64,000 nt of DNA from contig CAMXWF010000002.1 in assembly GCA_947252645.1 (NCBI GenBank), forward strand, positions 72,632 through 136,631, in the 5' to 3' direction. The stretch is from an uncultured Bacteroidia bacterium (GTDB lineage Bacteria > Bacteroidota > Bacteroidia > Bacteroidales > CAJPTX01). Under the pieces are notes generated by a model. That model searched no databases and was not told where the DNA came from. It saw only the letters and a program-made list of their open reading frames with translations. Shown one piece after another: positions 35,744 through 45,756 of the stretch (positions within the stretch are counted from its first letter, which is position 1; the number at the start of each line of letters is the position of its first letter). The position numbers were made by a program, and so were the translations under genes.

Positions 35744-36400
35744 ATGGGGAAGCATATCGCGTATTGTAAGGCAACCCGGGGCAATGTGTTTACTGGCGAT
35801 GATTGGGCCGAGGCTTTCGCCTACGCAGTGGGTGGGCATTCCCTTAGCTCGCCGCTTGGAATCGCGGGTGTCCCCCTGGATGGGATAGCTTGGTCGCTGA
35901 AAACGATAAAGAATAAACTCCCATTCGAGGCGACGGTAGCTCGCTTGATTGTAGGTAGATGCTCCCCAGATTATTCCTATAGTATTTACGATCCCCACAA
36001 AGACGTTGCGCAGACGGGTAAGGCAGTATTAGGAATATGGAATGAGAGGGTCAACATAGCGGAAGCTAGATTCAGGCCTTTGCGTATGGCAATTCTCGTG
36101 CGGTCTGAAGATCTTACGCAGTTCACTTTTTTCGAGGGAAATACGCTTCGCTACAGTCCAGCTCAATTTGTTTGGGAATGGAACGTGCGGGGAAACCTTT
36201 AGGCAAGAGATGTGGCTACTGGAAAGCATGTTTTTACCTGGCAGCCCCACGGTGCCCAGCTTACGCTCCACCCAGCTATCCCGCCCTATGCCACGAGATT
36301 TACTTTGCGGAGTCCTGGGGTCTTGGATAGGGGCTCGATATTGCGCCAGATTGGGTTTGACGAGAGTTGGGTGGGTATTGTTCCCGATGCTGGGCGATAG
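35744..36400 (+). pseudogene. Putative type II restriction endonuclease interrupted by an in-frame TAG (36200-36202)
   Basis: Track ORFs 35654..36202 and 36212..36400 share one frame and are separated only by the TAG. The sequence reads smoothly across it (...FVWEWNVRGNL*ARDVATGKHVFTWQPHGAQ...). Candidate D...SxK nuclease motif PLDGIAWSLKTIK. Positioned directly after the methyltransferase. Family not recognised. Confidence 0.4.
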
Positions 36401-36422
36401 GGCCATTGTGCCCTCGTTTTTT

Positions 36423-36430
36423 TACCTTCG
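36423..36430 (+). promoter_or_regulatory. Candidate -7 box TAccTTCG upstream of prfB
   Basis: TAnnTTCG variant 29 nt before ATG 36460. Confidence 0.3.
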
Positions 36431-36459
36431 CGGCTATAGCATAGCGGGGGAGGTAGGTC

Positions 36460-37576
36460 ATGCCGGTAACGCACGAGATGGTAGCGGATTTGCAGCAGCG
36501 CCAGGATGCGCTGGGGAGGTATCTTTGACATCGCGGGTCGTAGGGTGCGGGTCCAAGAGCTAACTGCGCTTTCGCAGGCTCCTGGATTCTGGGACGATTC
36601 GAAGGCCGCAGAGGGGCAGCTGCGCACGCTCGGGAGCGAGAAGAGCTGGGTAAGCAGCTATGAGGCCTTGGCGGAGCTGGTGGATGAGCTGGAGCTGACC
36701 TATGAGTACGCCAAGTCGGGTGAGGCCGATGAGGCCGCGCTGGCTGCGAGCTACGAGAAGGCTCTGCAGGCCGTGAAGGACTTGGAGTTTAAGAAGATGC
36801 TCTCGCAGAAGGAGGACGGCCTCGGGGCGCTGTTGAGCATCAATTCGGGCGCGGGGGGTACGGAGAGCATGGATTGGGCAGGGATGCTCCTGCGCATGTA
36901 CCAGATGTGGGCGCAGCGCCACGGGTATGGTATTCGGGTGAACGATTTGAAGGAGGGCGAGGAGGCTGGGATTAAGTCGGTGAGCATAGAGGTGGTGGGG
37001 CCCATGGCGTATGGATACCTGAAGGGGGAGAGCGGGGTCCATCGCTTGGTGCGGATCTCTCCGTTTGACTCCAATGCGCGGCGCCACACGTCCTTTGCTT
37101 CGGTGTACGTGATGCCGGCCATTGACGACACGATAGAGATCACCATTTCCCCGGCTGACATCAAGTGGGACACCTACCGCTCGCCTGGGGCTGGGGGGCA
37201 GAACGTGAACAAGGTGGAGACGGGCGTGCGGCTCTACCACATCCCCACGGGCATTGTGGTGGAGAACACGGAAACGCGCTCGCAGGCCAATAATCGGGAG
37301 AATGCCCTCAGGATTCTCAAGTCGCACCTCTACGACCTGGAGCTCCGCAAGCGTGAGGAGGAGAAGCACCGGCTGGCGGGTCTGAAGAAGAAGATCGAGT
37401 GGGGCTCGCAGATCCGAAACTATGTGCTGCAGCCCTACCGCCTGGTGAAGGATTTGCGCACGGGCACGGAGAGCAGCGATGTGCAGGGGGTGCTGGGGGG
37501 CGAGATCGATGATTTTTTAAAGTCCTATCTGCTCTCGCAGCAGCTGCTTACGGAAAACGCGGAGGGCGAAAAGTAG
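36460..37576 (+). CDS. prfB: Peptide chain release factor 2, expressed via programmed +1 frameshift: join(36460..36525,36527..37576)
   Basis: Frame-1 leader [22 protein letters not shown] ends in CTT TGA C. The +1 frame continues [24 protein letters not shown]... with the SPF (RISPFDS) and GGQ ([13 protein letters not shown]) motifs. Confidence 0.92.
36513..36529 (+). promoter_or_regulatory. prfB recoding site: internal SD-like GGGGAGG, 3-nt spacer TAT, slippery CTT TGA C
   Basis: GGGGAGGTATCTTTGAC read directly. It matches the canonical RF2 autoregulatory frameshift cassette. Confidence 0.85.
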
Positions 37577-37579
37577 ACC

Positions 37580-39616
37580 ATGGCCACGGGAGATGGAATG
37601 GGCTTTCAGCTCGAGGCGCCCTACCAGCCCATGGGGGACCAGGTGGAGGCTATAAGGCAGCTGGTACGCGGTTTTGCCAAAGGCGTTAAGGCCCAGACCC
37701 TGCTGGGGGTCACGGGCTCGGGCAAGACCTTCACGGCGGCCAACGTGATCAACCAGCTCAACAAGCCCACCCTGATCCTCAGCCACAATAAGACCCTGGC
37801 AGCCCAGCTCTACAGTGAGTTTCGGGGCTTTTTCCCGGCCAACCTGGTGGAGTACTACGTGTCGTACTACGATTACTACCAGCCGGAGGCCTACCTGCCG
37901 ACTACGGATTTATACATAGAGAAGGATCTGGCCATCAACGCGGAGCTGGAAAAGCTGCGCCTGAGCACCACGGCCGCCTTGCTGTCGGGCCGCCGGGACG
38001 TGATCGTGGTCAGCTCGGTGTCGTGCCTCTACGGGGTGGGTAATCCAGAGGACTTCATGGCCAACACCATCCACGTGACCAAGGGCGATAGCTCGGGGAT
38101 GGAGAAGGTGATGCGCCGCTTGGTGGATGCGCTCTATAGTCGCAATGACATGGACTTGACCAAGGGGCGCTTCCGGGTTCGGGGCGACACGTTGGACGTG
38201 GCGGTGGCCTACGGAGACTACGCCTACCGCTTGGTCTTTTGGGGCGATGAGGTGGAGAGCATCCAGGTGTTTGACCCGCAAACGGGTCAGATGGGCCAGA
38301 TGGTGGAGGGGGCGTCTATCTATCCAGCCAACATCTTCCTCACTACGCCTGCCCGCATGCAGCACGCGCTGCGGCTGATTCAGGATGATTTGGTGAAGCA
38401 GGTGGCTTATTTTGAGGATCAGGGACGTCCCGCCGAGGCCAAGCGGCTGCAGGATCGCGTGGAGTACGACATGGAGATGATGCGTGAGTTGGGCTACTGC
38501 GGGGGCATAGAGAACTACTCGCGCTACTTCGATGGGCGCAACCCAGGCGATAGGCCCTATTGCCTGCTCGACTATTTCCCGGAGGACTACCTACTCATCA
38601 TCGACGAGAGCCACGTGACGATTCCGCAGGTTCGCGCCATGTATGGGGGCGATAGGGCCCGGAAGAGCAATCTGGTGGAGTATGGTTTTCGTCTGCCGGC
38701 GGCTTTTGATAACCGCCCGCTGCGCATGGAGGAGTTTGAGCAGTTGACGCAGCAGGTGATGTACATGAGTGCCACGCCCGCCGACTATGAGCTTCAGGCG
38801 AGCGGGGGAGTGATCGTGGAGCAGCTGATACGCCCCACGGGGCTGCTCGATCCGCCCATAGAGGTGCGGCCCTCCGCGGGGCAGGTGGACGATTTGCTCA
38901 AGGAGATCCGCAAGCGTACGGCGGCCAACGAGCGCGTGCTGGTCACCACGCTCACCAAGCGCATGGCCGAGAGCTTGACCTCGTATTTTGCCGACATGCA
39001 CCTGAAGTGCAACTATATCCATTCCGATGTTGACACCCTGGAGCGGGTGGCCATTCTGGAGGCCCTGCGGGCTGGGGAGATCAACGTGCTGGTGGGGGTC
39101 AACCTGCTGCGGGAGGGGCTCGATTTGCCCGAGGTGAGCCTGGTGGCGATCCTCGATGCCGACAAGGAGGGCTTTCTGCGCAGCGTGCGGTCGTTGACGC
39201 AGACGGCGGGCCGCGCGGCCCGCAATGTGCATGGGCTGGTGATTATGTATGCCGACACGGTCACGGAGTCGATGCAGCAGACCATAGATGAGACGGCGCG
39301 CCGTAGGCTCAAGCAGATGCAGTATAACCAGGCCCATGGGGTGGTTCCGCGCCAGATCGTGCGCCAGAAGACGCAGGCCCTGGTCGACATGGGCCAGGGG
39401 GAGGAAGCCGAGCGCAGCTATGCCGTGGAGCAGGAGTACCACATGGTGGCCGAGGCGGCGGCGCAGTACCAGACGCCCAAGCGACTCCGAGAGGGGGTGG
39501 CTCGGGCAGAGCGCATGATGCGCCAGTCGGCCAAATCAAAGGATTTCAAGGCTGCGGCCGAGTACAGGGATCTGATGTTTACGCTACAGGCCAAGTTGTC
39601 CTCGCTCGGGAAGTAG
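37580..39616 (+). CDS. uvrB: Excinuclease ABC subunit B
   Basis: GVTGSGKTFT Walker A, YYDYYQPEAY, DESH, beta-hairpin region, C-terminal UVR domain (FKAAAEYRD). Confidence 0.95.
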   Translation: MATGDGMGFQLEAPYQPMGDQVEAIRQLVRGFAKGVKAQTLLGVTGSGKTFTAANVINQLNKPTLILSHNKTLAAQLYSEFRGFFPANLVEYYVSYYDYYQPEAYLPTTDLYIEKDLAINAELEKLRLSTTAALLSGRRDVIVVSSVSCLYGVGNPEDFMANTIHVTKGDSSGMEKVMRRLVDALYSRNDMDLTKGRFRVRGDTLDVAVAYGDYAYRLVFWGDEVESIQVFDPQTGQMGQMVEGASIYPANIFLTTPARMQHALRLIQDDLVKQVAYFEDQGRPAEAKRLQDRVEYDMEMMRELGYCGGIENYSRYFDGRNPGDRPYCLLDYFPEDYLLIIDESHVTIPQVRAMYGGDRARKSNLVEYGFRLPAAFDNRPLRMEEFEQLTQQVMYMSATPADYELQASGGVIVEQLIRPTGLLDPPIEVRPSAGQVDDLLKEIRKRTAANERVLVTTLTKRMAESLTSYFADMHLKCNYIHSDVDTLERVAILEALRAGEINVLVGVNLLREGLDLPEVSLVAILDADKEGFLRSVRSLTQTAGRAARNVHGLVIMYADTVTESMQQTIDETARRRLKQMQYNQAHGVVPRQIVRQKTQALVDMGQGEEAERSYAVEQEYHMVAEAAAQYQTPKRLREGVARAERMMRQSAKSKDFKAAAEYRDLMFTLQAKLSSLGK

Positions 39617-39674
39617 CGGTTGGGGCTGCTCGGGCGGGGCGTGGGGTGCGGGTAGCTGTGTGGGCTAAAAATGC

Positions 39675-39682
39675 TATATTTG
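39675..39682 (+). promoter_or_regulatory. -7 box TAtaTTTG upstream of the prolyl oligopeptidase gene
   Basis: Exact TAnnTTTG 31 nt before ATG 39713. Confidence 0.4.
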
Positions 39683-39712
39683 CGGGCAGGATAGGAACGG
39701 CAGTTTGAGGCG

Positions 39713-41824
39713 ATGAAGCAGCTGTGCGGGGTTTGGCTATTGCTAGGAGCTATGGGGATGTTGGTTTCTTGCCAGCAGCAGGGCAGCTATCCGGAGACGC
39801 GTAGGGATAGCACGGTAGACACCTACTTTGGGGTGGAGGTGCCCGATCCGTACCGTTGGCTGGAGTGCGATACGGCGGCAGAGGTGCGTGCGTGGGTGAA
39901 GGCGCAGAATGCCGTCACAGAGGCCTACTTGGAAAAGATCCCCTACCGTCAGCAGCTGGCCAAGCGCATCGGGCAGCTCTACGAGTACGATAGCGAGAGC
40001 GCACCGCAGAACACGGGCAAGTACTACCTTTACTACCGTAAGCCTGCGGGGGCCAACCAGGCCATACTCTACATCAAGGATAGCTTGTCGGGCGAGGGGC
40101 GGGTGCTGCTCGACCCCAATACGTTTATTTCGGATGGTACGCAGGCCTTGACGCTGGCGCGGCCTTCGCACGATTCGCGCTATCTGGCCTACATGGTGGC
40201 CGATGGGGGCTCGGATTGGCAGACCATCTGCGTGCTTGATCTGCCCACGGGGGCCAAGCACCCAGACACCCTCTCGTGGGTAAAGTTCTCCGATGTGGCC
40301 TGGCGGGGCGATGGCTTCTACTATAGCCGCTACGCCGAGCCTCGGGCGGCCGAGGCTCTGACGGGCAGAAACGAATACCAAAAGATATACTACCACAGGC
40401 TAGGCACGCCCCAGCAGGAGGATCGGCTCATCTTCCAAGACCTAGAGCACCCGCTGCGCAGCTACGTGGCCCAGGTGACCGAGGACGAGAAGTACCTCAT
40501 CGTGTCGGAGACGGAGAGCACGAGCGGCTGCTCGCTCTATGTGAAGAATCTGGAGAAGGAGGGGGACTTCGTCCAGCTGACCACAGGGTATGACTACGAT
40601 TACTCCGTGGTGGGGAATATTGGCGATGACCTCTATGTGCTGACGAACTACCGGGCTCCCAAGTATAAGCTGGTGCGCATCAACATGGATCGCACCGATA
40701 TCGGGGCGTGGGAAGATGTTATCCCCGAGCAGAAGGATGTGCTGCTTCAGGCCACGCTGGTGGACGGCAAGCTGGCGGCTGAGCATATGCACGATGCGTC
40801 GAGCCTGCTGTCGATCTATGATCTCCGGGGGCAACTGCTCAAGGATGTCGACTTGGGCATCCTCGGCTCGTTGGGGGGGCTTTCAGCGCGCAACGATGCC
40901 CCAGAGCTCTTCTTCTCGCTAACCTCCTTCACCATGCCCGCCGTGGTGTATAGCTACGATGTTCGCCGGGACGAGAAGCAGGTGCTTTTTTCTCCAAAGT
41001 TCGATTTTGACTTCTCTAATTACGTGGTGGAGCAGGTGTTCTACCCCAGCACCAATGGGGTGACCGTTCCCATGTTCTTGGTGCATCGGAAAGATCTGAA
41101 GCTCAATGGCAAGAATCCCACGTTGCTCTATGGCTATGGCGGGTTCAACATCAGCCTGACGCCTAGTTTCAGCAGTGGCCGTTTGGCTTGGCTGGAGCAG
41201 GGAGGAATCTACGCCATGGCGTGCATACGCGGGGGCGGTGAGTACGGGGAGAAGTGGCATCGCTCAGGCACCAAGCTCAACAAGCAGAATGTGTTTGATG
41301 ACTTTATAGCTGCGGCCGAGTATCTGGTGGATAAGAAGTATACCAGCTCCAAGTATCTGGCGATCCAGGGTGGATCTAATGGTGGGCTGCTGATCGGGGC
41401 AGTGGTCAATCAGCGCCCAGGTCTGTTCGCTGTGGCTATCCCGCAAGTGGGGGTGATGGATATGCTGCGCTACCAGCATTTCACGATAGGCTGGGCTTGG
41501 GCGGATGACTATGGGACGAGCGATGAGGAGTTCCACTTCAAGAACCTGTATTCGTATTCGCCCTTGCACAACATTGCGGCGGGGAGTAATTACCCGGCCA
41601 TTCTCGTCACGACGGCCGATCACGATGATAGGGTGGTGCCCGCGCATTCCTTCAAGTACATTGCGACCCTCCAGGCCCAACAGCCGGGGGGTAAACCCAA
41701 GCTGATTCGGATAGAGACCCGTGCGGGCCATGGGAGCGGGAAGCCTACCCGCTTGGTGGTGGAGGAGCAGGCGGATATCTATAGTTTTATTTTCAAAAAC
41801 ATGGGATTGGCACCCAAGTTCTAA
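39713..41824 (+). CDS. Prolyl oligopeptidase (S9A family serine peptidase), lipoprotein/secreted
   Basis: N-terminal propeller (DPYRWLE); catalytic GGSNGGLL; C-terminal DDRV and AGHG triad context; 703 aa. Confidence 0.88.
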   Translation: MKQLCGVWLLLGAMGMLVSCQQQGSYPETRRDSTVDTYFGVEVPDPYRWLECDTAAEVRAWVKAQNAVTEAYLEKIPYRQQLAKRIGQLYEYDSESAPQNTGKYYLYYRKPAGANQAILYIKDSLSGEGRVLLDPNTFISDGTQALTLARPSHDSRYLAYMVADGGSDWQTICVLDLPTGAKHPDTLSWVKFSDVAWRGDGFYYSRYAEPRAAEALTGRNEYQKIYYHRLGTPQQEDRLIFQDLEHPLRSYVAQVTEDEKYLIVSETESTSGCSLYVKNLEKEGDFVQLTTGYDYDYSVVGNIGDDLYVLTNYRAPKYKLVRINMDRTDIGAWEDVIPEQKDVLLQATLVDGKLAAEHMHDASSLLSIYDLRGQLLKDVDLGILGSLGGLSARNDAPELFFSLTSFTMPAVVYSYDVRRDEKQVLFSPKFDFDFSNYVVEQVFYPSTNGVTVPMFLVHRKDLKLNGKNPTLLYGYGGFNISLTPSFSSGRLAWLEQGGIYAMACIRGGGEYGEKWHRSGTKLNKQNVFDDFIAAAEYLVDKKYTSSKYLAIQGGSNGGLLIGAVVNQRPGLFAVAIPQVGVMDMLRYQHFTIGWAWADDYGTSDEEFHFKNLYSYSPLHNIAAGSNYPAILVTTADHDDRVVPAHSFKYIATLQAQQPGGKPKLIRIETRAGHGSGKPTRLVVEEQADIYSFIFKNMGLAPKF

Positions 41825-41938
41825 CACGATATTTGTCTGGCTCTTTGCGGGGATGCGCAGAGCGCTAGCGTGTGGACATTGGAGTAGTGAATGTAATAGA
41901 GCGATAACAAAGCTGTTTATCCACAAATAAGAAAGAAG

Positions 41939-43648
41939 ATGAGAGGATTGAAATTGTCGATGTTAGCATTGCTTGCTGGACTCGTTGCGATGCTGGCGGG
42001 GTGCGATAACCCAGAGAAGATGAAGGATGTGCCGCAGGAGGCTCTTCCGAAGGTGAGTCCTAACCCTCTGACCCTTAGGGGTAGCACGGTGGACGGGAAA
42101 GTCACAGGCCAGTTTCCCCCGAAGTATTTCAACAAGGCAGCAACGCTTGAGCTGACCCCAGTGCTGGTTTATGGTGGTCAGGAGCTCAAGTTGCCCTCCC
42201 GGAAGTATCAGGGCGAGAAGGTGGCCGACAACAATCCTGTGGTCAGCTACGAGAATGGGGGGTCGTACTCTGTGGATTTCTCCTTCCCCTACGATCCAGC
42301 CATGATGCGCTCTGACCTGGAGCTTCGCCTGACGCTTTCCTATAAGGGTAAGGCTGTACCTTTCGATGAGGGAATCAAGTTGGCACCTGGCATCAACGTG
42401 ACGCAGCTGCTGGTAGAGAACGTGGGTGAGCCATCGCTACTGCCCCATGGGCGTGGTGCGGATGAGGCCCTCAAGCAGGATGCGCAGATCAATTTTGCCA
42501 TGCAGAAGTCTGAGATCCGCAAGGGTGAGCTGACGAACGATGACGTGGTGGCCCTCAAGCAGGTGCTGGCCTCGCTGTCGCAAGACGACAAGTTGGCGCT
42601 GACGAACATCGAGGTCAGGTCCTATGCTTCGCCTGATGGCCCGGTCGATTTGAACGACAAGCTCTCCCGGAGCCGTGGCACTGAGACGCAAAAGTGGCTG
42701 GGCAAGACGCTCAAGAGCAACAAGCAGGATGTCAACGTGGTGAACATCACCGAGAGCTCAACCGATTGGGACGGCTTCAAGAAGATGGTGCAGGAGAGCA
42801 GCATTGCCGATAAGGATCTGATTCTCCGCGTGCTGGATATGTATTCCGATCCCGATACCCGGAACAAGGAGATGCACAATCTTGGCAAGGTGTTCCAGGA
42901 GGTGGCGGAGAAGATTCTGCCTGAGCTGCGCCGCTCCAACATGCGGGCTAACCTAGTGCGCAAAGGCCTGACGGATGACGAGTTGAAGGCCATTGTGGAT
43001 GCCAAGAATTTTGACCAGCTCTCCCTGACTGATGGCCTCTATGTGGCCACGCTCTATGATGATTTCATGGTGAAGGCGGCCATCTATGAGAACCTGATGG
43101 GGCGCTTTGAGGATGTACGTGCTGCCAATAACTTGGCCTACGTGTACCTGCGGCAGAACCGCCTGGCCGATGTGCCGAAGGCTCTAGACAAGGCCGCTGC
43201 ACTCGATCCGGAAAACCCGGCTGTGCTGAACAACCAGGGTGTGCTGGCGCTCATGCAGGGCAATAACGATGAGGCCGAGCGTCTCTTTACCCGTGCTACG
43301 GCGGCAGGTCCAGAGGTCAAGGCCAATCTGGGCGTGATTGCCATCATGAAGGGCAACTATAGCCAGGCAGTGGACTACCTGGCGGGTACAGGCATCTTCA
43401 ACCAGGGGCTGGCCAACCTGCTCAACAACAACCTCGATGCCGCCAAGAATATCTTCTCCAAGCTTTCCAGCGGTAAGGCCGCCTATGGCATGGCCATTAT
43501 CGGAGCCCGCAATGGCGATGAGAAGATGATAGCCGATAACCTTCGGGAGGCCTTCAGCCGTGACTCCTCGCTCAAGGAGTGGGCCCAGAAGGATGTTGAG
43601 TTCATCCGCTTTGCCCAGAGTGAGCTGGTGAATGCGCTCCTGAAGTAA
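41939..43648 (+). CDS. Lipoprotein with OmpA-like segment and C-terminal TPR repeats
   Basis: Lipobox MLAGC; VRSYASPDGPVDLNDKLSRSRGTETQKWL resembles an OmpA C-terminal-like motif; TPR-like helices in the last ~200 aa. Confidence 0.6.
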   Translation: MRGLKLSMLALLAGLVAMLAGCDNPEKMKDVPQEALPKVSPNPLTLRGSTVDGKVTGQFPPKYFNKAATLELTPVLVYGGQELKLPSRKYQGEKVADNNPVVSYENGGSYSVDFSFPYDPAMMRSDLELRLTLSYKGKAVPFDEGIKLAPGINVTQLLVENVGEPSLLPHGRGADEALKQDAQINFAMQKSEIRKGELTNDDVVALKQVLASLSQDDKLALTNIEVRSYASPDGPVDLNDKLSRSRGTETQKWLGKTLKSNKQDVNVVNITESSTDWDGFKKMVQESSIADKDLILRVLDMYSDPDTRNKEMHNLGKVFQEVAEKILPELRRSNMRANLVRKGLTDDELKAIVDAKNFDQLSLTDGLYVATLYDDFMVKAAIYENLMGRFEDVRAANNLAYVYLRQNRLADVPKALDKAAALDPENPAVLNNQGVLALMQGNNDEAERLFTRATAAGPEVKANLGVIAIMKGNYSQAVDYLAGTGIFNQGLANLLNNNLDAAKNIFSKLSSGKAAYGMAIIGARNGDEKMIADNLREAFSRDSSLKEWAQKDVEFIRFAQSELVNALLK

Positions 43649-43668
43649 CGCCAATATCCTCGATTTTG

Positions 43669-43698
43669 AAGCCTACCCGAAAGGGTAGGCTTTTTTTT
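43669..43698 (+). terminator. Rho-independent terminator
   Basis: AAGCCTACCC GAAA GGGTAGGCTT stem-loop followed by a T8 run. Confidence 0.8.
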
Positions 43699-43785
43699 GC
43701 GCATAAGACGCTTGGTCTAGAGAATATTTTGTATATTCGTCCAGTGCAACAGCGCAACATGTTCAACCATTAAAGCTGTAACATT

Positions 43786-44295
43786 ATGATACTGAAAGAG
43801 TTTCTTTTGTGTACTGCTATTCTGGTGCTCTCAGTTGCGAGTTATGGTTGCAACAAGGGGAGTGCAGTTCAGCAAGAGGAGCAGCAGGCCGTTGAGCAAC
43901 TTCAGGGGCAACCAGATCCGGTCTATAACCACGAGACAATAGCCCAGGCTGGTGTGACCGAGCCAACTGAGCAGCTTCTCTTGAATTTGATTGTTGCCGC
44001 TTCTAATTCCTTGCGTACTATCAATGCTAGTGGAGCGGGAGTAGAGTATGAGGCAATGTTTACGATTGCACAGCCCGATAATGCTACCCCTTTGGACAAT
44101 TGCTTGATGGTTTTCCCCAAGGAGTCACCTGACAGTAGCCAGGAGGAGGAAGCCAAGGAGAGCTGTCGTGCGTGCGGTTTGGTCGAGGGTTCCGACTGCG
44201 TGAAGAAGGTGATAGCCAAATTCCGTGCATCGGATGATGGGAAGCTGGAAGTTTCGGTGCGCCTGGATGGCGATTGCGTTGTAGTGGAGTATTAA
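43786..44295 (+). CDS. Hypothetical lipoprotein
   Basis: Signal peptide with lipobox VASYGC; 169 aa; lower GC than its neighbours. No family recognised. Confidence 0.45.
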   Translation: MILKEFLLCTAILVLSVASYGCNKGSAVQQEEQQAVEQLQGQPDPVYNHETIAQAGVTEPTEQLLLNLIVAASNSLRTINASGAGVEYEAMFTIAQPDNATPLDNCLMVFPKESPDSSQEEEAKESCRACGLVEGSDCVKKVIAKFRASDDGKLEVSVRLDGDCVVVEY

Positions 44296-44445
44296 TCTAG
44301 TGTACAGGTGCTGTTGCGCTATGGTGAGGCTCGCAAAGGCTTCACCATATTCTTGAGCTGATATGTAGGAGTCTAGCGCTTCGATATATCTTGCTTGTCC
44401 ATCCAAGAGAAGCGTTTCAGGTTTGGTGGGGAGAGGAGAAATGGC

Positions 44446-44453
44446 TACCTTTG
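44446..44453 (+). promoter_or_regulatory. -7 box TAccTTTG upstream of tRNA-Asn
   Basis: Exact TAnnTTTG 32 nt upstream of the tRNA 5' end. Confidence 0.45.
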
Positions 44454-44485
44454 CGCTTGCATTTCGGACGGCACTGTGGTCTAAT

Positions 44486-44559
44486 TCCTCATTAGCTCAG
44501 TTGGTTAGAGCATCTGACTGTTAATCAGAGGGTCCTTGGTTCAAGTCCAAGATGAGGAG
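44486..44559 (+). tRNA. tRNA-Asn (anticodon GTT)
   Basis: Cloverleaf folded by hand: acceptor TCCTCAT/ATGAGGA, D arm GCTC/GAGC, anticodon loop CTGTTAA, T arm CTTGG-TTCAAGT-CCAAG, discriminator G. CCA is not encoded. Confidence 0.95.
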
Positions 44560-44595
44560 CAGCTCATAGCAGGTTTTCACGGTGTTGAGTGCGTA

Positions 44596-44621
44596 GGGGT
44601 AGCGGGATGCTACCCCTTTTT
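44596..44621 (+). terminator. Terminator after tRNA-Asn
   Basis: GGGGTAGC - GGGAT - GCTACCCC followed by TTTTT. Confidence 0.6.
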
Positions 44622-44655
44622 GTTTCACAGTGGTGCCTTGTGCCCTAGCAAGAAG

Positions 44656-45756
44656 ATGTACCTTAGGCGCCTTGTATGCCAGAGCTTTCGTAGCTATCCC
44701 GTACTCGAGGTCTCGTTTGCGCCCGGCATCAATGCTATCTACGGAGGCAACGGGACTGGGAAGACCAACGTGGTAGATGCCATCATGTACTTGAGCTTGG
44801 CCAAGTCGGCCCGTGGGCTACCCGATGCGAGCTCGGTGCAACATGAAGCCCAGGGATTTGCGCTGCACGGGGAGTTTGATGCCGAGCCTCCATTTACGGT
44901 GACTGTGAGCTATGATGCCAGCTCGGGCAAGCAACTTAAGCTTGACGATCAGCCCTACAGCCGTATTTCTGCCCATGTGGGTTGTGTGCCTGCCATTCCG
45001 CTGTACCCCGCTGACATCGAGCTTATCTGGGATGGGGGCGAGTTGCGTAGGCGCTTTCTGAATATTGGTATTGCGCAGTACGATGGGGACTACCTCCAGA
45101 CCCTCTTGAGCTATAATAATCTGCTTGCCCAGCGCAATGCCTTTCTCAAGACCCCCCAGCGCTACGACACGCAGCTTTTGTGTACCTATGACCAGCAGCT
45201 GCAAATGCCTGCGCAGGTGCTCTACCAGGCGCGACGTGAGTTTTGCGAAGCCTTGCAGCCCCTATTCCAGGAGATTTACGAGGCGCTCTCAGATGGTCGG
45301 GAGCAGGTGGAGGTGCAGTATATGAGCCAGCTGGGTAGTGGGGACTACTTGCTGCAGATGGCAGGGGCGCGTGAGAAGGATTGGCAGGTGCAGTATACCA
45401 CGTTTGGCGTACACCGCGATCGTCTTCTGCTCAGTATGGGCGGTTATCCCATCCGTCGGGACGGTTCACAGGGGCAGCAGAAAAGCCTGATAGTGGCACT
45501 GCGGTTGGCGCAGTGTAGACTCCTTGCCCAGCGTAGTACCGTGCATCCTCTGCTGCTTTTGGACGACGTATTTGAGCATCTTGACGCGGGGCGGAGTGAA
45601 CGCCTGATCGCCGTTCTTGCCCGTTGTGAGCTTGGCCAGATATTTGTCACGGGCACCGATGAGGAGTTGCTTACTAAGTTGGTGCGCAGCCAGTCCACGC
45701 GCAGCGCCCTGTTCAAGGCGGAGCACCAAGCGCTGTTGCAAGTACCAATCAATTGA
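44656..45756 (+). CDS. recF: DNA replication and repair protein RecF
   Basis: Walker A GGNGTGKTNVVDAI; signature GSQGQQKSL; Walker B LLLLDDV. Start moved to ATG 44656 because the track start at 44536 overlaps the tRNA. Confidence 0.88.
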   Translation: MYLRRLVCQSFRSYPVLEVSFAPGINAIYGGNGTGKTNVVDAIMYLSLAKSARGLPDASSVQHEAQGFALHGEFDAEPPFTVTVSYDASSGKQLKLDDQPYSRISAHVGCVPAIPLYPADIELIWDGGELRRRFLNIGIAQYDGDYLQTLLSYNNLLAQRNAFLKTPQRYDTQLLCTYDQQLQMPAQVLYQARREFCEALQPLFQEIYEALSDGREQVEVQYMSQLGSGDYLLQMAGAREKDWQVQYTTFGVHRDRLLLSMGGYPIRRDGSQGQQKSLIVALRLAQCRLLAQRSTVHPLLLLDDVFEHLDAGRSERLIAVLARCELGQIFVTGTDEELLTKLVRSQSTRSALFKAEHQALLQVPIN

